A DNA stretch of 64,000 nucleotides from Eledone cirrhosa (Eukaryota). Every line of letters starts with the position of its first letter. The first letter of the stretch is position 1. A program made the translations under genes and the position numbers. Below, piece after piece: positions 54,629 to 64,000 of this stretch. The DNA lies in assembly GCA_964016885.1 (NCBI GenBank), contig OZ024748.1, forward strand, positions 44,826,001-44,890,000, given 5' to 3'. The notes under the pieces were generated by a model. It was not told where the DNA came from. It searched no databases and saw nothing but the letters and a program-made list of their open reading frames with translations.

Positions 54629-57600
54629 CTACAGGATGGTATACAGAGAAGGCCCATTTACACGAGCCATTCTCGCCACTATCACCCACCTTTCATAAAA
54701 CTGCCTGTGGCCAAGCACCTCTCTCTCCATTCTTATCCTTCTTCCGAAGTGATATCGGAAGAAGTAGACCAGACTATGGCCAGAGAGGAAGTTGCCTGAC
54801 CTCAGACCTTTCAATCGTGTCCACCAAACAACCTCTTTCAACATGGCTATTACGCACAGAAAAACCGCCTTTGCTTCCTTTGTGAAGAGGGGAGGCGGTT
54901 TGATTGTCATCACGGACTCGGCGGTCAATTTAATCGGCGCCACCCGCGACAGCAGTTGTTCGGCGTAGCCCCACAGATCAGCCACGCCCGGACATTGCAC
55001 CAATGCGTGCGCTACGGTTTCTTCGTGACGCACGCATCTAGGGCAAATCTTTTTTGAGGGATCCCTGCCCGGGCGCCCGTATCTGTAGAGCCTCTCTCGA
55101 ACGGGTAGAGCCCCTCGGTAGCACTGCCAGGCCAGTGACTTCTGGAAGTTGTCCATTGGTCCTGGGCCGAAAGTCCTACCGAACAGGCTGGCCAGTTCGT
55201 CTTCTTCCATGTCCAGCGACTCTCCAAGGGTGTCATCGCCCCTGCTAGCCACCAGCCCTCTATAGAATGATGAGGTGGATTCTCCACCGATGGCCCGGCA
55301 CGCTTGCCAGAGAGCCCTGAGCGCCTGAGCACACTCAGTGTGCCAGTCTCCCAGTTTTCCGGATCTTTGCTTGACCCAGGACTGTAGCTCGGTGAGTGAG
55401 ACGAGTCTCGGAAAGGCTCGTTTCACGAACGGAGCCCACACCGGTTGACCAGTGAGGAATACCTGTAGGTGCCGTAGCCTTAATGCGTGCCTACGCATCA
55501 TCAACCACGGCATCCCCAGCCCTCCTTTCGAAGGTTGTTGGCAGCAGATGGATCTTCTCACCATAGGAGGACGCTTCTTCCAAAGAAATTGGAAGAGCAT
55601 GCGTTCCATGGTGGTGAGTGTTTCCTTAGGGCAAGGCACGACATTCAGGCGGTAGTAAGTGACGGACGCTATGTAAATGTTCGCCACCTCCGCCCGGCCT
55701 TTTAGGGACAGCTTACACTTGGCCCATTTCTGGGTTAGTGCAAACACCTTGTTCGTAACCTCGTTCCAGTTCTTTTCCACCTGGAGGTCCGGTCCAAACC
55801 AGACCCCAAGCAACTTTACCGGGCCCTCCGTCCAGTGTCCGACGACACCGTCAGGAGGCATCGGTTTGCCTCTCCACGTTCCGAGTTGCAGCCCGATGGA
55901 TTTTTCCCGGTTCAGTTTCGCTCCTGACAACCTTTCGTACTCCTCCAGTAAGGTACCGATCGCCTCGATCTCCGAGTCGGTTGATACCATTACTGTTACG
56001 TCATCGGCGTAGGCCGACACCGCTTTGCTCAATCCTGGTTCCAGGGGGATACTCTGCAACAACTCCAACTTCCCCAGTAAAGGCTCGAGAGTCAATACGT
56101 ACAGAAGGGAGGAGAGAGGGCACCCCTGTCGAATGGATCGTGTGATTTCGAACGGCTTCGAAAGGTAGCCGTTCACCTTGATCCCAGAACAGATGTGGTT
56201 GCTATGTAGGGCAGTGATCCAGCCTCTGAAAACAGGACCGAACCCAGCCGCCGCTAGCACCGCATCCAGGTAACCATGGTCGACCCTATCGAAGGCCTTA
56301 GACTGATCCAAGTTGATCAGGGCCCCACCGAAGCCGGGTTTGTTGCCAACCCTCTCTATGATGTATCGCATGAGGTGGAGGTTATCGTGAATGGACCTGG
56401 ATGGGATAGCACATGTCTGCGCATCTCCCACCAGGCCACCCACGACAAGCGCCAACCTCTTTGCTAACACCTTGGCCAAAATCTTTAACTCTGTGTTTAG
56501 CAGGGTTATGGGCCGAAAATTATTTATACTATCCCCCTTGTTCTCGTCCTTCCTCACCAGCGTGACTACGCCCTTGGCTACAGAACAAGGAATTCTCCCG
56601 TTCTGCTGCGAATTGCAGTAGACCGCTTCGAGGAGTTCGGAGAAGAAGACCGGCATTGCTAAATAAAGTTCGTAAGGTATACCATCGAGACCTGGAGATT
56701 TGCGTCTGCTGCATTGGCTCAGCGCATCTCCGATCTCATCAGCCGAGATTGGTCCCTCGCAGGACTCTGCCTCTTTGTTCGAGAGACGCGGCAGGCCGTC
56801 GAGGTATGGACCGAAATCCACGCCCCGGCCCGGACCCTCGCCTCCCCCGAACAATCGGGCAAAGTGCTTTTGAAAGGCCTCGCACATCTGCTTAGGCTCC
56901 CGGATCACACTCCATCTTCGTCTTGCAACGACCGGATGGTGGATCGATTTCCACTTTTAGCTTCTGTCACGCGGGCCCATCCAACGGCTTTGGCCCCCTC
57001 ATTACCTAGAGCACGTATTTTACTTCGAATGACGCAGCCTTCATGCTTTGCATCGAAAAACTGGTTCAAGGCCGTCCTCGATGCCAGCACTCTGGCCACA
57101 TCTTCGCTCTTGATTGCCTCTTCTAATTTACCTGTTAATTCTTTCTCGTTTCTATTCCTATTGGCAGCTAACATCTTGCTATAATTTATTGATTCTGTTC
57201 TAATCTCTCTTTTGAGAGATGCCCACCATCGGTTGTTGACGATTGCACCCGTCAACCTCTCCTTAACTAATCTGCTAATCCGGTTTCTGTAAGTCTCTTT
57301 TGCCGGTAAAGACAAATTAAGTTTCCAGTAACCGGGACCCTGTCTATGTGTTTTCTCGAGATTGACCACGCAGGTCACTAATTTGTGATCCGTGTAGCCA
57401 ACCGTGCGCATTTCTGGACAGCTTAATATGTCCCTATCCTTACTTCTAACTAAGAATCTATCTAAGTACGATCTAGATTGACCACTGTGGTTTCTCCAAG
57501 TCCAGGTAGGCACAGTTGGAAAATCTAGTCGATATCTATCGACCAAGTTAAAACGGTCGAGTAACCCCTTGAGGCTGTTACACCCCCCTCTATTAGGACA

Positions 57601-58065
57601 TGCTCCTGCATAGTCCCAACGTGCATCCAGGATGTCATTCCAATCCCCTGCTAGAAGCAGGGAACGCGACGTTCCCAGAAAAGTCTCCAAACGCTGGAAG
57701 AAATCGGGCCGTTCAGCTCCGAAAGGGGAGTAGACGGCGACCAGTCTCAAGGCCGCACTTTCACTACTGCCAACGTCTAGCACCAACAAACGACCCTCCG
57801 GGTCCGAGTGCACAACCTGTACGGCAAGACCCAGGTGTTTTTGCAGCAGCACGACAACCCCACCCCCACCTCCAGGTTGACAGAGAGATGCATGCACCTC
57901 AAAGTCATCGAAGGTGGGGGCCAGCTGCCGCATGACGCTGATTCGAGTCTCACAGATAACCATTACATTTATACTACATGACCTGAGGTCATTTAGAAGC
58001 TTTGCTTGCTTCCAAGTTGAGCCCAGGCCACGTGCATTCAAACATCCTACTCTTAACACATCCAT
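54629..58065 (-). pseudogene. Tx1 ORF2 (APE-RT-zinc knuckle) with a single frameshift at ~56907
   Basis: CLNARG, GDWN, TDH; KSPGLDG, FRPITLLN, LDQSKAFD, RQGCPLS, AYADD, LLG; CPRC..H..C. Confidence 0.92.
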
Positions 58066-58098
58066 GTGGGCGGCAGAGCCAAAGGAGAGTGTAGAGAC

Positions 58099-60000
58099 CT
58101 ACCTTTCCGCTTCCCGGGGTTCGGGTTGCACGACTTCCATGGGGTCGGGGGTGTTGGGTGAAGGGGTGTCTTGTGGTGGTGTGGGGTCGTCAGTGTGTGG
58201 TGGGGTTGGGGTGTTTGGAGTTGTGTTGGGGAGGGGAAGGGGAGGGGGAAAGCTTTTTAGTAGGACGCGGTTTATGGGTTTGGCAGAGGGTGGTCCTACG
58301 TCCTCCTTAAAATCCTTTTTTAGTTTTTGGTAGAGGTTCATTGGGATTTTTATTAGTTTTAAATGTGGGTGGTTTTCTGACGAAACAAAGTTTACACCTT
58401 CGGTTTGTACCGAAGGATTATTGTTTATGAGTTCATTTAATTTATTATTGTTTCTGTTGATGTAAGTATAGTGTAATGTCTTTTTTTCCGATGGTGTGAG
58501 TGTTTCGAAGAGGGGAGGGGCAGGTTTGGTTTTGTTTGTTGCTGGAGGGGTGTTTTCTGTTTTGTTAGATTGTGTTGCGATTTGGGTGGGGGTTGTTTGT
58601 CCTTGTGTGTTTTGCACATGTTTTCTTTTTTTCCTTTTAATCTGTCTGAAGGACTCCGTTTCTTCCTCCGAATTCGTTGGGTTATCTTCAGTGTTGGAGG
58701 GAAGAGGTATGTTTGCTGGTAATGTTTCCGTGTTGGTTTTCTTTGTGGGGGAGATGGATGTCACTATGTTAGACTGTGTTGTGTGTTGTGTCTGCGGTGG
58801 TTGTGTTGTTTTATTGAGTGAGAGGTTGGGTGGGCCTGTATTTTATTTTGGGGTAATGTGTTGTGACTGTTTGTGTTGTGGTGGTGTTGTGGTGTTACTG
58901 AGGGACGGGTTGGGTGGGACTGAGTTTTGTTGTTTGTTTATCTGTTGTGGTGGTGGTGGTGGAGCTGGTGTTGGTAGCAGGGTTTTCTTTTTGTTGAGTT
59001 GGGGACAAGCGGCCTTCAGGTGCCCTCTGCCTGCACAGATATGGCAGGACGGCCTTCTCCCCTCCACGCTAATGTTTATATACCCGTGGTCCTCTAATAG
59101 GATTCTGTCGGGTATTTGGGCGATGCGTTCAGGCTTCATTTGTACTACCAGCTCTATACCTGTTCCACTGAACGCATTGCCTGTGGTTTTCCCAATGGAA
59201 ATCACGTTGTCATTCACTGGATCGATGAAGCCAGCTATGAGCCAGCAGTAGTCCACATCTGGCATCATTGCATCCAGCCATATGCGTTGAGTTCTTTTCC
59301 CCATATAAGATGGATAAAAGGTGAAATTTTTCGAACGAATCGGTGACAAAGCACATTTTTTTGCCGCCGATTCGTTCTTCATGATAATTGCTAGGCTTCC
59401 ATACAGTCTGTCTTTTCTTATGAAAGTTGTTTCATTCAGTACTTCTGTGAGTACTGTTTTGATATCTGCTTGAGAAGGCTGTTCAGGTTTTTTTGTACTG
59501 TTGTTGATGGTCCGAAACTTGACCGTTCGGCTTTCAATGTCTTTCGTGAATTCTTGAGGCATTTTTACCAATAAAATACCATTCTCACCTTCACTTATGT
59601 ATTGTTTTGCGTCCGTGATCCTTCGTACCACATCTGAAATGTTTTCCGCTATATAAGTCAAAGATTTCTTTGTTTTCTGTGCAAATGAAATCTTGTCGTC
59701 TGCTTTGTTTTCTGATATGATGTTATTTTCAACTGTTATTTTTTTGTTTGTTGTGTCTTTGTTTGTGTTATTAGTATTGTCATGCAATTTTTCAAATTTT
59801 TTTTTTTCGTTGTTGGAATCCAAGTCCAGATTTATGTTTTCGTCATTTAATTTTTTCTCCGCAGATTCGTCCGTTTTTATTTTCATTTTTCCTTCCTTCT
59901 CTATGACGTTAGTTGGGAAGGAAGGGAGGACTAAAGCGTGCGAGCTTACAACTCTTACCGCTGTCCCCCCACCACTATTTTCGTTCGCTGCGTTTAACAT
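58099..60000 (-). pseudogene. Tx1 ORF1 with CCHC knuckle and one in-frame stop at 58843-58845
   Basis: CHICAGRGHLKAAC; both ORF pieces share a frame; homologous to ORF1 at 16492-18251. Confidence 0.85.
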
Positions 60001-60592
60001 TTCTGTTAGACGATTGAAATTTTTTACACAAAATTTTTTAAAACAGGTTTTTCACCTCTAGGAGGGGTAAAGATGAGCTGACCCACCGCCTGACAGTTCA
60101 GACGGAGGGTCAAGCTACACAATTGTATCAAAATTAAGTTTGAACTCACAAAATTTCCTCAATAAATTTGAACAAAACTTCTGTGCGAAGTGAATGACAT
60201 CCACACTGTAGAACAGACGACAGCTAGATTGGTATATATATATAGTTATGTAATAAACAACATAAGACAATTATTTCATTTACCAGTGGTTTCTTGAAAG
60301 CAAACAAATTTTGCTTTCAATCATCAGAATGAAAAAAATCCTGGTGTATTTATTGACATTGGATTTTAAAACAAAAATATAATCTATATGAAAGTGAGGC
60401 TGGAAAAGGAAAAATAAGCATACATCCACACACACACAATAACATACATACACATATATACATACACATATATATACATACATACACACACACATATATA
60501 TACATACACATATACATACACGTACAAATACATATACATATACATACACACATATATATCAACATATTCATACATACACATACACATACTGA

Positions 60593-60646
<54 letters not shown>

Positions 60647-60677
60647 AGTGTAATTTTCTACACAAAACGAAGGTTAT

Positions 60678-61931
<1,254 letters not shown>

Positions 61932-62103
61932 GGTATGTAATAGTAGCTAAAATAATAATAGTTCGACATTTAGAATCAAGGATTATTTGTGCAATGTATA
62001 AACATAATAGTAGACAATAATTTTCAGTTAAAATTACAAAATAGGGAAGAGTATTTATAAAATTTAATAAATGTTTATACTTTATACTCGGTTAAATATT
62101 CGA

Positions 62104-62823
62104 TCAAAACTTTAGTAGTTTAGTAAGTGTTGACACGAAACAAGGATATTTGGGGCTGTCACTGGAATTTGGTTCCTGCGGGCCAGAAATATCTTTCAAA
62201 AAAGCGACGAGGTCCGTTGAGGTACCATGTTCGTTCAAAAGATTACATAAGCTTTGCATAAACCACGATCCAGTATTTTTATCTTCTTCAGATGGATGTG
62301 GAAGGGACGATGGATAACAAATGAGCATATCTGCCGCAGTTGGAGGTTTTTGAAGCCTTTCAAACCTAATTAACTCAGCATCTTCTTGTTCGATACCAGC
62401 CGTGTCACTTTCACAACAAGATGAAATAAATATTAATTTAGGCACTCCTGGCAAAAGATTACATAGGTCGGATTCCTTTGAAGAAAACAATTCAAGTAGT
62501 TTAACCTCACCTTCGTATCCACAAATAATATTTGGTTTTTTCCCATGCGTCAGAAATGCAAAAACAATACAAGAAACATCGGGCTTTTCATTAACTTCCT
62601 TAAAACGAAGACGTATTTGATCGGCTGTACAATCTGTAAGTATTCTGATATTGGCCGTAGGAAACCCAATTTGTTCTAATGCCTTTTTAAAATCCCTTGA
62701 GTCTTTTGTCGAGCCATAACGTTGTTTAATATTTTTGTCCACGAATACTTCATTGTTGAAGATGTAGGCGTGCCAGTTTTTTTTATTTGGGATACTGTAA
62801 GTTTCCAGAAATTCACTTTCCAT
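62104..62823 (-). CDS. Intronless caspase-like protein (peptidase C14A fold, effector-caspase-like, 239 aa, no prodomain)
   Basis: IFNNE.F, RYGSTKD, FLTHG (catalytic His), PKLIFISSC (aligns to PKLFFIQAC), ADMLICY, GSWFMQSLC, PCFVSTLTK; ATG at 62823 with an in-frame TAA shortly upstream. Confidence 0.85.
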   Translation of the reverse strand: MESEFLETYSIPNKKNWHAYIFNNEVFVDKNIKQRYGSTKDSRDFKKALEQIGFPTANIRILTDCTADQIRLRFKEVNEKPDVSCIVFAFLTHGKKPNIICGYEGEVKLLELFSSKESDLCNLLPGVPKLIFISSCCESDTAGIEQEDAELIRFERLQKPPTAADMLICYPSSLPHPSEEDKNTGSWFMQSLCNLLNEHGTSTDLVAFLKDISGPQEPNSSDSPKYPCFVSTLTKLLKF

Positions 62824-62986
62824 GATTGACAAACAGATTATAAACCTATTTACACCTTATTGAAGTTTTTCTAGCTTATGCCTGGGACAGTCGTGGGTGT
62901 AGAGTTTTGCAGTGGATGTAGTCAGAAGCAACTGTCTCTATTTGATCTCTAGTCGTAGCAAATCGTGAGAGTACTAAATGACAGCG

Positions 62987-63044
62987 TATTTATATTGGAT
63001 ATACTTCCTGGTGTGACGTGTCTCTCTTTCGCAAAAGTGAAAGT
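62987..63044 (-). promoter_or_regulatory. Candidate promoter of the caspase-like gene: TATA box with ETS, CRE-like and IRF-E-like sites
   Basis: TATAAATA (minus, 62987-62994), ACTTCCTG 63003-63010, TGACGTG 63014-63020, AAAAGTGAAAGT 63033-63044. Confidence 0.5.
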
Positions 63045-63748
63045 GGGACAGCGTATGTATGTGTACGCATGCGTGTGTGTATAGGCGTTTTTAAGTCAGA
63101 GACACACACATATAAAGCGACGAAATGCCTACGTCGGTTGGAAGGCCACTGATGAAGGACAAACTTTTTCATATGTAACCCATTTGCAACGCCGCAGCTC
63201 CATTATTATCATATTTACACATATATTTTTTCCTCCGCTGCTACACGTCTGTTTCGTTCTTTGTATCTTTACCCTTTCTGGCAGTCTCTCTTTCTCTGTT
63301 AGCCTCTTCCTCACCTTTCACTCACTCATTCTCTGTCACTACCTCTCCTCCTCCCCTTTCTTCCCGTTTGACCTGTCCGTAATCCTTTTCTCGCGCGTAC
63401 TTGTCCAAGCCGGTATGAATTTTTTTTCTCTCTCTCTCTCTCGTCTGCAACTTCACAGAACTTATGTTTACCGAATTCGCAGACCAGACCCCTTCTTCCT
63501 CCCGTTAGACCTGTGTGAAATTCCTCCCTTGCTTACATTTCAACCAGGTTTGATGGTCTTTATTCTCTCGTTCACGATTCCACCGAATTTATATTCATAG
63601 AAATCTGGGACTTGTTTCTTTCTTCTTCATCACTTTCTGTTCCTTAAACCATTTTGTTTGTTTACCCTAGCGTCCCCTTTATTTACGTGTCCCAACGACT
63701 TTTTTTAGCCGTTGCTCGCACCAACCTGAGGTATATGGCCTTTAAAGC

Positions 63749-63796
63749 GACGAAATGCCTACGACGGTTGGAAGGCCACTGATGAAGGACAAACTT

Positions 63797-63839
<43 letters not shown>

Positions 63840-64000
63840 TGAGGAAAAAGTGGCGGAATAGTGTTCTGAACACGGAACCATACAGCTATTTCAGTACACT
63901 GGGTAGTGACCACCGGCTTGTTATGAGTGAGGTCCGCGTGAGCTTAAGAAAGAGCAAGGCTCAGCCCCGGAGAACAATCTATGACTGGGGAGCTTTCAAG
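63749..64000 (+). repeat. Direct repeat of 51601-51897 (49-bp segment, (TA)n, RTE fragment)
   Basis: Sequence identity apart from TA length; a third partial copy lies at 63114-63170. Confidence 0.9.

Larger units (their letters stand above)
54413..60231 (-). mobile_element. Full-length Tx1/L1-clade LINE
   Basis: ORF1 plus ORF2; 3' AATAAAGAAAT; flanked by G(TA)9G at 54393-54412 and G(TA)6G at 60232-60245 (candidate TSD). Confidence 0.95.

Overview
Repeat-saturated metazoan genomic DNA. The SINE, RTE and microsatellite repertoire suggests a coleoid cephalopod such as Octopus; this is an inference. Most ORF-track entries are translations of microsatellites. The real content is: two long Tx1/L1-clade LINEs plus deleted derivatives, several RTE-clade LINEs and non-autonomous RTE derivatives, Penelope-like (GIY-YIG) remnants, tRNA-derived SINEs, a piggyBac-type TTAA MITE carrying a 72-bp satellite and a nested LINE, and large minisatellites. 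One likely host gene is present: an intronless, prodomain-less caspase-like ORF (62104-62823, minus) that keeps its catalytic His/Cys, has an altered Asp-specificity pocket and sits behind a compact TATA/ETS/CRE/IRF-like promoter. The most striking unannotated layer is a set of about ten minimal hammerhead-ribozyme motifs in short Penelope-type segments between (TA)n tracts. Several lie in fold-back arrangements, including a ~2-kb palindrome with no spacer, and two carry a U3-A8 core variant. All folds and alignments were done by eye.
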